Under the pieces are notes generated by a model. The model searched no databases, was not told where the DNA came from, and worked only from the letters and a program-made list of their open reading frames with translations. Below are positions 1 through 11,928 of a DNA stretch of 46,317 bases, piece after piece. Origin of the DNA: Squalus acanthias (lineage: Eukaryota); the NCBI GenBank assembly GCA_030390025.1, contig CM059434.1, forward strand, positions 45,649,684 through 45,696,000, written 5' to 3'. The stretch's first letter is position 1. Each line of letters opens with the position of its first letter. The position numbers and the translations under genes were made by a program.

Positions 1-250
1 GCACGGCCACCAATGGTGGAGCGATTAAAATCGGTGATGTGCAAGAGGCCAATATTGGAGGCGTTGTCGGGCTGTCCATTTATGGTATAGTTTCGGGGGA
101 TTTGAAAACTAGGATGATAATTTTAAAATTGAGGCATTGCTGGGCCAGTGTCGGTCAGCGAGCACAGGGGTGACATTAGATAAAGGGTGAGCGGGACTTG
201 GTGCGAGTTGGGATACGGGCAGCAGAGTTTACCATGAGCTGAAGTTTACG
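1..250 (-). mobile_element. L2-like LINE 3' fragment
   Basis: gcacggccaccaatggtggagcgattaaaatcgg recurs nearly identically at 26735-26770. Shark L2-type sequence. Confidence 0.55.
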
Positions 251-449
251 GAATAGTTAGCACATCAAGGAGAAAGGAATAGAAGGGTTCTGCTGATAGG
301 GTTAGATCAAGTGTTGGAAGAGGCTTGTGTGGAGCAGTTGGGCTGAAAGGTCTTTCTTTGCTGTACGTTCTATGTTAGTTGAGGTAAATATAAGCACACT
401 CTTGGATGGTGGACATTAATAAAATAGCATTATGTTATTGAATCTGCAG

Positions 450-803
450 AAGGAAAGTTGGAGTTGAGAGTGAGTCAACATACTGTGGAAGTAATGTTTA
501 ATGAAAATGGGCTTCTACAGTGCGAAATTGCTGAACTCACTGGATCTACGCTGAGCGCAGAGAACTTGGGCGTTTTATGGTCTTTCACTAGTGACACTGA
601 AAAATCAAATGCCTTTGACTACAGAAATGGAGTAATAACTGCGCCATGGAAAGAAGCTGTGCTGTCAGAAAGCTCCATTCTAAATGGAAACATGTCACTG
701 TTGCTAAAAAGTGTCACATTTAAACACACCGGACTGTATCAATGTGAAGTTTTTATTCCACCAAATGATAAGGCCTCTAAGACGGTAAAGCTTGAGGTTT
801 TAG
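450..803 (+). CDS. NCR3LG1: B7-H6/NCR3LG1-like receptor, Ig V-set exon (first coding exon in window; leader exon upstream)
   Basis: Acceptor ctgcag|aa (NAGNAG alternative at 453) and donor G|gtaagc, phase 1-1. Protein GKLELRVSQ..LLQCEI..LGVLW..GNMSLLL..GLYQCEVFIPPNDKASKTVKLEVL has V-set Cys/Trp/YxC and resembles the human B7-H6 V domain (MGITW..GDASLRL..YRCEVVVTPLKAQGTVQLEV, recalled from memory). The gene is adjacent and convergent to KCNJ11, as in human. Confidence 0.8.
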
Positions 804-954
804 GTAAGCTGATTTATGTACAGTTACTGTAAACTATTGCACATTGCCGTGTAACACAATGCCATCCGTGTTCATATATCATAACTGTTTGTCTTTCTAT
901 GAAAATAGCTTTTGGAAACAAAATCTCGCAAATGAAATACCCTTAAATATAAAA

Positions 955-1085
955 TCAATATACTGCAGATGCTGCAAATCTGAAATAAAAACAGGAAATG
1001 CTGGAAACACTCAGCAGGTCAGGCAGAATCTTTGGAAAGAGAAACGGAGTTAACGTTTCAGGTCGATGACCTTTCGTCAGAACTA
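955..1085 (-). mobile_element. Penelope-like element terminal fragment
   Basis: Matches the termini of the element at 14236-16159 (aaatgctggaaa..cagc..ggagagagaaac..gttaacgtttc). Confidence 0.7.
1048..1084 (-). ncRNA. Minimal type-I hammerhead ribozyme motif (Penelope type)
   Basis: Minus strand reads AGUU-CUGACGA-A-AGGUC-AUC-GACCU-GAAACGUU-AACU: both core boxes, a 5-bp stem II, palindromic stem III (ACGU) and stem I AGUU/AACU. Confidence 0.65.
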
Positions 1086-2315
1086 TTGAAAAAGAAAATG
1101 CTTTGCACCGAGTGTCTAATGTTTTCTGAACTGATTAGTATACTTTTATTAATGGCCCAATAATACATGTGTGTAGAAGTTGCCACACAATCTAACAATC
1201 CTCATTCAGATCTTGAAACATTTTATTTGTGTGATGCATAGTAAAATCTCATTAAGTTGATCACCAAAAGGACTGGTCAAAGGTAGTTGATTCTGTAAGG
1301 TGCTTGGGTTAGTGGGAGATGAAGTACTCGGTTGAAGCTGACTATTAAGTGCTCTAGCATTAAAATGAAAGTTTGAAAAGCATTCTAACAGCTTTCATCC
1401 CAGCAGAAGTAGAAGGAGGTTCTAACAGCAATTTTTCTTTACCTTCACTTGCACACCATGATTATCTGATCCTTCTGGCTGATACTATAATAAGAGTTAG
1501 TAATAACCAATAAATGCCGTCCAATTTTCAGACAGCCATGCAGAGCTCACAATCAGTTGGAATTTTCTCTTAACACCTTTAGGGAACCTTCCAGATTTAT
1601 AGATTTCTCTATCTGCTTGATATTGTTCAAATTCTAATAATGGAATGATAGAAACATATAAACAAATCACTTGATTAAGTAATCAAGTTTTTATACAACG
1701 TATTTGTACAAATGCTGGAGTTTCTTGGAATGCAAACTTTTTTTTTATAGTTCAAAATCCTTGCGTATAACATACGCAATGAACTATAGCTAACAGAACA
1801 AAATGAGAATAATGTAAACTTCACAGCGTTGCCAGATGTATCCCCAGTCATGTTCCTTTATATATATTTAACAGTGACAAATACAAGATGATACATATTG
1901 GTATCAAATCATGTACTTTTTTTTAGGTGTATTGTATATCATTAGTTGAATTAATAACAAGAACTAGATGTAATGTAAAAGTTAACCAAATTGAAAGTGT
2001 CAACAAACAGTCGGCATTTACAAAGGGAAATAAAACACAAGCGTGCGCTTGACTGAAGAACTGGCACATGCCTCAAATAAGCACATTGTTGCCCACGGAT
2101 AAATGTGCTACATTAACACTTAACTACTGTTAGTTATGATTAACAATGATGTTTAAACTCTCTCTCAATTTTTTTCACATGTGGAACTGAAATAGATTAA
2201 AAAACCTTCTGCACATCAGCAGTCATGGATCTCTTAAATTTAAATGTTATACTGTATCAAGAAAGAACTTGCATTTATATAGCCCCTTTTACTTCTTCAG
2301 GATGTCGCATCGAGT

Positions 2316-3790
2316 CTACAGCACAGAATCAGACCATTCGGCTCAACTGGTCTATGCCAGCATTTATGCTCCACACGAGCCTCCTCCCATCTTTCTTTAT
2401 CTAACCCTATCAGCGTGTACCCTTCTATTTCTTCCTCCCTCATGTGCTTATCTATGCTATTTGCCTCAACTACTTGTGACAACGAGCTCCACATTCTTGC
2501 CATTCTTTGGTAAAGAACTTTCTCCTGAATTCCCTATTGGATTTATTAGTGACTATCTTATATTTATGACCTCTAGTTTTGGTCTCCCCACAAGTGGAAA
2601 CATTTTTTCCACTACTACCCTATGAAACCCTTTCATTATGTTAAAGACCACTGTCACCCCCTGCCTTCTCTTTTCTAGAGAAAAGAGCCCCAGCCTGTTA
2701 AGTCTTTCCTGATGGTTATAACCTCTCAGTTCTGGAATCATTTTTGCACCTTCTCCAGTGCCTCTATATCATTTTTATAATATGGAGACCAGAACTGTGC
2801 ACAGTACTCCAAGTGGGGTATAACCAAGGTTCTATACAAGTTTAACATAACTTCTCTGCTTTTCAATTTTATTCCTCTAGAAATGAACCCCAATGCTTGG
2901 TTTGCTTTTTTTTTTAATGGCCTTATTAACCTGCATTGCTACTTTTAGTGATTTGTGTATCTGTACCCCGAGATCCCTTTGCTCCTCTACCCCATTTAGA
3001 CTTATTATCCAACCAGTATGTGACCTCCTTATTCTTCCTACCGAAATGCATCACCTCACACCTATATTGAAATTAATTTGCCAATTACACGCCCATTCTG
3101 CAAGTGTATTAATGTCTTGTATTTTTGTCACAATCTTCCTTTGTATTAACTACACCCCTCAATTTAGTGGTGTCTGCAAATTTTAAAATTGTACTTCCGA
3201 TTCCCGAGTCCAAATCGTTAATGTAAATTGTGAACAACAGTGGTCCCAGCACCGACCCCTGTGGAACACAACTTACCACCTTTTTCCAGTCTGAGTAGCT
3301 ACCCTTAACTCCTACCCCCTCTTTTTTTGTTTTATAGCCAACTTGCTATCCACTCTGCTACCTGTCTCATGATTCAATTTGCGCTGACCTTAGTCATGAG
3401 TCTACTATGCGGTACCTTATCAAAGGCCTTTTTGAAAATTCAAATATATTGCAACTACTGCATTACCCTTGTCTACTTTTTCTGTTACTTCTTCAAAGAA
3501 CTCAATAAGGTTGGTCAAGCATGACTTTCCCTATTGAAATCTGTGCTGACTACTCTATTTTCGGTTTCTCGATGTTTTTCTATTACATCTTTGAGTAAAG
3601 ATTCCATTATCTTTCTTGCAACCAGTGTTAAACTAACTGTTCTATAGTTCCATGATCCTGTTTAACTCCCTTTTTAAATATAGGAATCACAATAGCTGTC
3701 CGCCTGTCCTCTGGCACTATTTCCTTTTCTAATGATTTTTATATATATATATATATATATATATGTAATAGTGCCTCTTCTATCTCTTCC
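2316..3790 (-). mobile_element. Degraded CR1-like LINE (3' part of ORF2 plus tail)
   Basis: Fragmentary ORF2 peptide ERLNRLGLFSLEKRR. Homologous to the young copy at 9374-11928. Confidence 0.85.
3741..3764. repeat. (AT)12 microsatellite
   Basis: Read directly from the sequence. Confidence 0.9.
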
Positions 3791-3888
3791 CTAATTTCTT
3801 TTAATATGCACAGATCCAATTCAGTGAATTACTTTTGAAGTATAGCCACTGTGATTAGTGCCGCTAACGTACCTGTTTGTTTTGGCAG

Positions 3889-4215
3889 CACGTCCCACAG
3901 TGACTGTGGTTTCAGAAAAAATTGTGGAAGTTGGCACTGGTGGAGAGATGGCCTTGGGCTGTCAGTTAAGCGGATATTATCCTTGCGACAGCAATGCTGA
4001 ATGGTTTCAGTCAACCCCACCACAAGGAGAAACAAAACCGTTAACTGACATTTGCATTGCTCCGCCAGTCAAAAACCCTGATGGAACATGCAATTTAACC
4101 ACTGAAGTTAGATTGGAGCCTCGTGTAGAAGACATTGGCAGCACTTTCGAATGCCGTGTGACACACAAGACTTTTTCGGAGCCATACTCTGTGAATGCTT
4201 TAGTGACTTTGAAAG
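3889..4215 (+). CDS. NCR3LG1: NCR3LG1-like exon: extracellular Ig C1 domain
   Basis: Branch point ctaac 3864-3868, acceptor ttggcag|ca, donor G|gtcagt. ARPTV..LGCQLSGYYP..EWF..KNPDGTCNLTT..FECRVTH fits C1-set and carries the B7-H6-like KNxDGT motif. Confidence 0.85.
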
Positions 4216-4774
4216 GTCAGTTGTGGTGGTCTTAGCTTTTTATTAAAATGCAAAACACGAAACTTTTTGGTTAAGTTAGTATTGAAAAGCACGCCAGTGT
4301 TAACCGATGTATTGTAGTTTTAACTTTTATAGGGGAGCAAAGGCCTTTTGAACTTTCATGTGTTTATTAAACTGATGTATTTTTAAAGCATGTTTTAAAT
4401 TGGTGTTAATACAAAACTCTGCTATTGACTTCTTCCTACAGTAAATTAGATTACATGTATATTGTGAATAATAACTATTATTTTGCTACGGTTTTGAGCA
4501 TTTTGTGGGAGGTTTTTTGAATCCATGGAAAGCATTTTTAAGTACCAGACTTGTGTTCCATCCAATAATCTGGACACCTTTTCCTTACCAAACATCCAGT
4601 TCTGACCTCCGCATGTGTTTTGATGACTTTTCACAACTCTTGAGAAAGGTTAATTGTAACTTGTTTATTTGACTCGTATATTTTCCACTTCACTGCATTA
4701 ACAAATCTTTTTCGTGGGAAATTAGCCTGCGACCGTTGTTCCTCATGGAGTAGGTTCCAATCTTGACTAAGATT

Positions 4775-5625
4775 TTTACATAGAAGATACAGCACAGAAA
4801 CAGGCCATTCGGCCCATCTAGTCCGTGCTGGTGTTTATACTCCACGAGTCTCCTCCTATTCCATCTGCCTCATCTCAGCCTTTCAGCACATCTTTCTATT
4901 CCCTTTTCTCTCTTGTACTCATCTAGTTTCCTTTTGAAAGCATCTCAGTTATTTGTCTCAAGCACTTCCTGTGGTAGCAAGTTCCACATTCTCACCACTC
5001 TGAGTAAAGAAATTTCTCCTTATTTTGCTATTGGATTTATTAGTAACTATCTTGTATTTATGGCCCTTAGTTTTGGATCCTCCCCTAAGTGGAAACATTC
5101 TCTCCACATCTACACTGTCCAACCCATTTATAATTTTTAAGGTCTCCATCAGGTGACCTCTGAGTCTTCTCTTCTACAGAAAAAAGCCCAACCTGTTCAT
5201 TCTTTTCCGATAGCTGTAATATCTCAGTTCTGGTACCATTCCTAAATATCTTTTTTGCACTTTCTCCAGTGCTTCTATGTTCTTTTTATATTAGGAGACC
5301 AGAACTGTGCATCCTGACCAGGGTCCTATACAAGTTTAACAAATTCTGTACCCCTAGAAATAAATCCCAGTGTTTTGTTAGCATTTTTAATGCCTTTGCT
5401 GCGATGCTTCTTTTACTGATTTGTTCACCTGTATCCCTAAATCCCTTTGCTCTTCTACTCCATTCAGTTTTTTTTATTTTCTAAGATGTCGGTGATGTTT
5501 CTATTTTTCCTAACAAAGTGCATCACCTCACATTTATCAATGTTAATGTTCATTTGCCACTAAACTGCCCAGTCTGCACGTTTTCTAATGTCCCATCGCT
5601 GATCCTTGTGGAACACCGCTTTCTA
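4775..5625 (-). mobile_element. Degraded CR1-like LINE 3' fragment
   Basis: Peptide ETLKIINGLDSVDVERMFP..RRNFFTQ and a CR1-type 3' tail. Confidence 0.8.
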
Positions 5626-5853
5626 ACTTACCAATAGCCAGATTGCAAATAATATGAGACACTCGGGTGTGAACAAATGCCTGTTATTTGTGAGCACTTT
5701 CCCTGATTGGCTGGTCCAGTGCTGTGCTAAGTATTTCTCTGGCATACTTTACTCTTATTACATAGATTTACACTTATGCAGTTTTACACTAGTGAGTTGT
5801 GGAACCATTAAAAAAAGATCCAATATGAGAGATATGTAACTTTTCTTTTACAG

Positions 5854-5970
5854 AAGCAGAAATTCGTCTGAGCACAGGATCAATAGTTGGAAGCATCATT
5901 GCGAGCATTATTATTTCTGTTGTAATAATAGCAATAGGAATTTTCCTCTACATGCGGTACTATTATAAAG
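5854..5970 (+). CDS. NCR3LG1: NCR3LG1-like exon: transmembrane segment (absent from ORF track)
   Basis: Acceptor ttttcttttacag|aa, donor AAAG|gtaaac, 117 nt, phase 1-1. Translates to EAEIRLSTGSIVGSIIASIIISVVIIAIGIFLYMRYYYK: a hydrophobic stretch of about 24 aa followed by basic residues, with no stop. Confidence 0.88.
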
Positions 5971-7540
5971 GTAAACCTACATTCTCGGTGTTGTGTGCTA
6001 CTTTGGACAGATTAGGGAATAAACTTGGGAATAAAATGACTCAAAGGAAACTTGGGCTATGGGGAGTGGGGGGTGCAATGAAAACTCTTACTGCTGCATA
6101 GTTTCTGCTGTTACAGCAAATTCTTGTGTCTTCTGGTTAACCAATGCTGCCCCAAACTTTCTACAATTGCTTGATTTTTTTTTTTGTTGCATCAAGTTGT
6201 AGCAGCCCCAGTCTAGTGTTAGTAGATGGTTAATCTGCCAATTTGAGTGCTTAATTGAGATGCAAACTACATATGAAATGTTTAACCATGAAGTGCATTG
6301 TATTTGTGTTTTGTATTTTGATGGATAATTTTCATAAATTTTCTGCTTAGAATCTTCTACCTTCATAAACTCCTTAATAATTTGCTCTTTGCAACTAAGG
6401 AGTGTTACTGTACTCTGACCTTTTATGTTGTCTTATTGTACTTTAATCTTTGATCTGGTACCAGTGTTGCTGATAACCATTTAGTATATTCTGGAATTTA
6501 CTGTCAGTGGATCAGGTGAACATTTACAAGGGAAGGAAACTCTAAAGGGAGTAATTGTTAATTCAAAATGCTCCACCTTTTGAAAGGAAAATGAGGAGCT
6601 TACTTTCAATTTATTTAATATTTACTTCCAAAATGTAAATTTTTCTGCTAACATGAAAGTCCTCAAGTAGGGTCTTTGTACCTGTTGAACTTCAAGTTGA
6701 CTTGCGGGCCCTTTGGCGTCTTGAAACCGTTCCATAGGCTTGGAATGTGGATACATCATTATTTTTGTTATTTCTCATTTGTTCTCCTTCTTAAAATAGT
6801 TCAGTTCTCTTTTGCAATTTCTTCTGTGTTCCATTACCCAATTTCCCTTCTGTTAACACCCTTTTCTGTTGCTCTCTTTTTAATCTTCATCTCTAAACTT
6901 CCAGTATTATTTCGAAGTGCATCATTGTTGACCCTGACTCTGTTGCAATCCCACATTTTTAGACAGTATTTAATTGTTTTCCTTTTTGCTAACTCCATTT
7001 TGCACTTAGCCTGTATATTTTTGTGCTCACTTCACGAACCTGTTTCCTTGATCACTACCTTCCAGTAAACTCTAAGCTGGTAAGTTACCATAGGAGAAGA
7101 TGTCCTCCATGCACTTGGTGTAGTGAAATTGTAACTGTGTTCTTCATAAATTTTTTTTTTGCAATTTTGCTATACCTTGTGCATAGAGAAAATCTTCCCC
7201 CTCCACTAATCAGTTTCTCCAAGCTCATGCCAGATTAAGTGAATCCCAATATTAATGTAATTCATTTAAATTTAGGCTAACATCAGTCTCTACTTAATGT
7301 TGGCATAAATCCCCTGCGTGACTGTGAGCAATTTCATAGATCTGCTAGTGTTCATAATTTTTAAGAAGGTTTTTGGCTAATCTAGATGGTGAACGTGAAA
7401 TATGAAAATTAAATCAAATGACAGCATTTCACAATCGGTGAAGACCACTTTATACCAACTGATAGGAATTTTCAGGAAGTGTCAATGATAATTTGGAACA
7501 ATCCAACTTGAAATTTCTTTCAATTTTCTTTTATTCCCAG

Positions 7541-7963
7541 TTGCACCAATAGTATCAGACATTCAAATACCTGCCCGAATTGTACACCAAGAAACTGCAG
7601 AGTTTACCTGCCATGTGTCTGGATTCCGACCTGATGTTATTACTGTCTGCTGGTATTTGAGGAGGGCGAAGGGCTCTGAAAAGAAATTGATTAGTGACTG
7701 GCACAGAGACAACATGTTCCACATACCATTCGTCAAGGACAGGAGAATAGACATGACTGGAGAAAGGAGTGAAACTAAGAACGGATGGAAAGTCAAGGTG
7801 CCCAGTTTCCAGAAAAATGCTGATGGAACATTCAGTTTTTCTAGCATTCTTGAAGTTTATCCTGACATCAATGAGGACAATGAAGCAGAAATCATATGTA
7901 AAGTGATACATTCCGCCAGCAGTGAAGACACCTCCAAAAGCATTCGTTTACAAATTGATGGAG
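7541..7963 (+). CDS. NCR3LG1: Post-TM Ig C1 domain 1 (with long insertion)
   Basis: Acceptor ttttattcccag|tt, donor G|gtaagc. VAPIVSDIQIPARIVHQETAEFTCHVSGFRP..CWY..KNADGTFSFSS..IICKVIH. Confidence 0.85.
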
Positions 7964-8549
7964 GTAAGCTTTTTATAAGTCAATCAAAAGTCACTATTCT
8001 GTTAGGTAGAATATGTGGACACTTCGTGTTCAGGTTGATCGCACCTCCAATTTCCACTGCCATTTGTTGATTACAGTCATTAAATGTTGCAATCCCAGGT
8101 CATGTACCCTAGAATTGACAATCTTGAGTTTTCAAATTAGTGCATTATGGTATTGTGGCCCTCAGGTTTTCTCATAATTAAAGAGAGTAGAACTTTTCTG
8201 GGATGAGGAGGAAATCTAATTATGGAAGATGAAAGTATGGTGGAGATATTAAATAGATCATTTGTCAATTTTTATATGATGGCGGAAGTGAGAATTCAGT
8301 TGTATTAGAGGAGGATGTGAACATCGCTATTTTGTGGGACAGATGGATTTTTTCTACAAATATGTTCATTTACACTTCCAAGAATAAACAAACTTATTGT
8401 AGAAAAGCAGAGGTGCAATTTGCTGCAGTTTTCTTGGCTGATTTACAAAACATGTTAGTAATTCAAGGTTTGGTCATTTTTAGAATAACTAGTTGATATC
8501 CTGTGGTGTTGCTCGTGGATCAACAAGAAAGTGGCTCCCGTTTACTGTC

Positions 8550-9005
8550 CCACTCACATTCACTCGTGCAGGAGTGAACAAAAGTGGGCCCAGCACTGAC
8601 CCCGGGATATATCACTTACAACTCTTCTCCAATCTGAGCAACACCTATTAACCCTGACCCTTGATTGCTGTCTCAACCAACTTTCTGCTACATTTCCTCT
8701 TCTACTATATACTTGAGTTTTTGTAACCAGTGTCTTGATAACCTTATCAAACTGCTTCTGAAAAATCCAAATGCAGTACATCTACTGAATTCCCTTTATA
8801 CAATCTGTCACCTCTTTTTTAAGAAAAGCTATTAAATTTATCAAACAAGACTTGCCTTCAACAAATCCGTGCTCCATGTCCTTGATTATCCTCTGCATCT
8901 CTAAATGCTGGTTAATTTAATCACAAATTATGGATTCTAAAAATTTGCCCGCAACTGATAAATTAACTAGTCTATAGTTACCTGCTTTATCCTTCTTGAA
9001 CAACA
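8550..9005 (-). mobile_element. Old CR1-like RT fragment
   Basis: Degenerate DFQKxFDKV and GSVLGP-region sequence. Confidence 0.65.
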
Positions 9006-9066
9006 GTTATCTGGTACAGTGGCAAATAAATTATTTTACTTCCAATATCCTTATTAAAAATAAATA

Positions 9067-9351
9067 CAGTAAACTCTTGTTTAAACGGCACTTTATCATC
9101 CAGAATACTTTAATAACCGGCAAAATAGATATATCTCAATACAAAACAACACCTCAATAACTGGTAATCTTGCCGAATTTAACGAAACATTCTGTAGGTG
9201 AGTACCCAATTATACAGTACATTTCTTGATTTTTTTTATTTTTGTTTGTGTTAAAAATTGCCTTGGTAGGTATACCTCTCTGTTATCCAGAATTTTTCAT
9301 CAACCGGCACCATCCTGGTCCCTTAGGTGCCAGATAAGAAGGAGTTTACTG
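9067..9351. mobile_element. Tc1/mariner (Tigger/pogo-like) MITE, copy 1
   Basis: TIRs CAGTAAACTC...GAGTTTACTG flanked by TA at 9065-9066 and 9352-9353. Confidence 0.85.
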
Positions 9352-9373
9352 TAGTAAAGACTTCTATATTATA

Positions 9374-11928
9374 AGAACATAAGAAATAAGAACAGGAGTA
9401 GGCCAATCGGCCCTTCGAGCCTGCTCCGCCATTCAATAAGATCATGGCTGATCTGATCCTCACCTCAAATCTAAAGAACACAAGAAGTAGGAGCAGGACC
9501 CGGCCACTCAGCCCCTGGGCCCGCTACGCCACCCACAGGGCCTCGACCGATCCGAACTCAGCCTCATGTCCAATTTCCTGCCCGCTCCCCGTAACCCCTA
9601 ATTCCCTTTACTTCTAGGAAACTGTCTATTTCTGTTTTAAATTTATTTAATGATGTAGCTTCCACAGCTTCCTGGGGCAGCAAATTCCACAGACCTACTA
9701 CCCTCTGAGTGAAGAAGTTTCTCCTCATCTCAGTTTTGAAAGAGCAGCCCCTTATTCTAAGATTATGCCCCCTAGTTCTAGTTTCACCCATCCTTGGGAA
9801 CATCCTTACCGCATCCACCCGATCAAGCCCCTTCACAATCTTATATGTTTCAATAAGATCGCCTCTCATTCTTCTGAACTCCAATGAGTAGAGTCCTAAT
9901 CTACTCAACCTCTCCTCGTATGTCCACCCCCTCATCCCGGGGATTAACCGAGTGAACCTTCTTTGTACTGCCTCGAGAGCAAGTATGTCTTTTCTTAAGT
10001 ATGGACACCAAAACTGTATGCAGTATTCCAGATGCGGTCTCACCAATACCTTATATAACTGCAGCAATACCTCCCTGTTTTTATAATCTATCCCCCTAGC
10101 AATAAAAGCCAACATTCCGTTGGCCTTCTTGATCACCTGCTGCACCTGCATACTAACTTTTTGATTTTCTTGCACTAGGACCCCCAGATCCCTTTGTACT
10201 GCAGTACTTTCCAGTTTCTCGCCATTAAGATAATAACTTGCTCTTTGATTTTTCCTGCCAAAGTGTATAACCTCACATTTTCCAATATTGTATTGCATCT
10301 GCCAAATCTCCGCCCACTCACCCAGCTTGTCTATATCCCCTTGTAGGTTTTTTATGTCCTCCTCACTTTCTACTTTCCCTCCCATCTTTGTATCATCTGC
10401 AAACTTTGATATGTTGCACTCGGTCCCCTCCTCCAAATCGTTAATATAGATTGTAAAGAGTTGGGGACCCAGCACCGACCCCTGCGGAACACCACTGGCT
10501 ACTGGTTGCCAGTCCGAGAATGAACCATTTATCCCAACTCTCTGCTTCCTGTTAGATAACCAATCCTCCACCCATGCCAGAATATTCCCCCCAATCCAGT
10601 GATTTTTTATCTTGAGCAATAATCTTTTATGTGGCACCTTGTCGAATGCCTTCTGGAAGTCTAAATACACTACGTCCATTGGGTCTCCTTTATCCACCCT
10701 GTACGTTATGTCCTCAAAGAACTCAAGCAAATTTGTCAGACATGATTTCCCCTTCATAAAGCCATGCTGACTTTGTCCTATCAAATTATGTTTATCTAAA
10801 TGTTCCGTTACTGGCTCCTTAATAATAGACTCCAAAATTTTACCCACCACAGATGTTAGACTAACTGGTCTATAATTTCCAGCTTTCTGCCTACTACCCT
10901 TTTTAAATAAGGGTGTTACATTAGCAGTTTTCCAATCTGCCGGGACCTTTGCTGATTCCAGGGAATTTTGGAAAATTATTACCAAAGCATCCACAATCCC
11001 TATTGCCACTTCCCTCAAGACCCTAGGATGTAAGCCATCAGGTCCAGGGGATTTATCCGCCTTGAGTCCCATTATTTTACTGAGTACCAATTCCTTAGTG
11101 ATTTTAATCGTATTTAGCTCCTCCCCCCCCTAGAGCCCCCTGTTTGTCCAGTGTTGGGATATTCTTAGTGTCCTCTACCGTAAAGACTGAAACAAAATAT
11201 TTGTTCAGCATTTTTGCCATCTCCATGTTTCCCACCATTAATTTCCCGGTCTCATCCTCTAAGGGACCTACGTTTGCCTTAGCCACCCTTTTTCTTTTTA
11301 TATAACTATAGAAACTCTTGCTATCTGTTTTTATATTTTTTGCTCATTTATTTTCATAATCTATCTTCCCTTTCTTAATCAATCCTTTAGTTACTTTTTG
11401 CTGTCTTTTGAAGACTTCCCAATCTTCTATCCTCCCACTAAGTTTGGCTACCTTATATGTCCTTGTTTTTAGTTGGATACTATCCTTAATTTCTTTACTT
11501 AGCCACGGATGGCTGTCATTTCTTTTACACCCTTTTTTCCTCAGTGGAATATATATTTTTTGAAAGTTGTAAAATAACTCCTTAAATGAACATCACTGCT
11601 CATGTACCGTCTTACCCTTTAATCTATTTTCCCAGTCCACTTTAATCAATTCCGCTCTCATACCATCATAGTCTCCTTTATTCAAGCTCAGTACGCTTGT
11701 CTGAGAACCAACCTTCTCACCCTCTAATTGGATATGGAATTCAACCATGTTATGGTCACTCATTCCAAGGGGATCCTTAACTAGGACATTATTAATTAAT
11801 CCTGACTCATTACACAGGACCAGGTCCAAGGTTGCTTGCCCCCTTGTAGGATCAGTTACATACTGCTCAAGAAATCCATCCCTAATACACTCAATAAACT
11901 CTTCCTCAAGGCTGCTCTGCCCAATTTG
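9374..11928 (-). mobile_element. Young 5'-truncated CR1-like LINE with uninterrupted 508-aa RT-containing ORF (9564-11090)
   Basis: KSPGPDG, YRPVSLTS, YLDFQKAFDKV, GVPQGSVLGP and FADD motifs. The upstream part has two TGA stops (about 11593 and 11344) and a frameshift at the C8 run 11123-11130. Most of the endonuclease is missing. Possible TSD ATTATA (9368-9373 and 11929-11934). Confidence 0.95.

Noticed and set aside
458-832. ORF-track starts and ends for the Ig exons
   Set aside because: These ORFs extend into introns and use non-ATG starts, so boundaries were reassigned from splice signals.
9564-11090. Active LINE or host reverse transcriptase gene
   Set aside because: 5'-truncated, lacking most of the endonuclease, with upstream stops and a frameshift.
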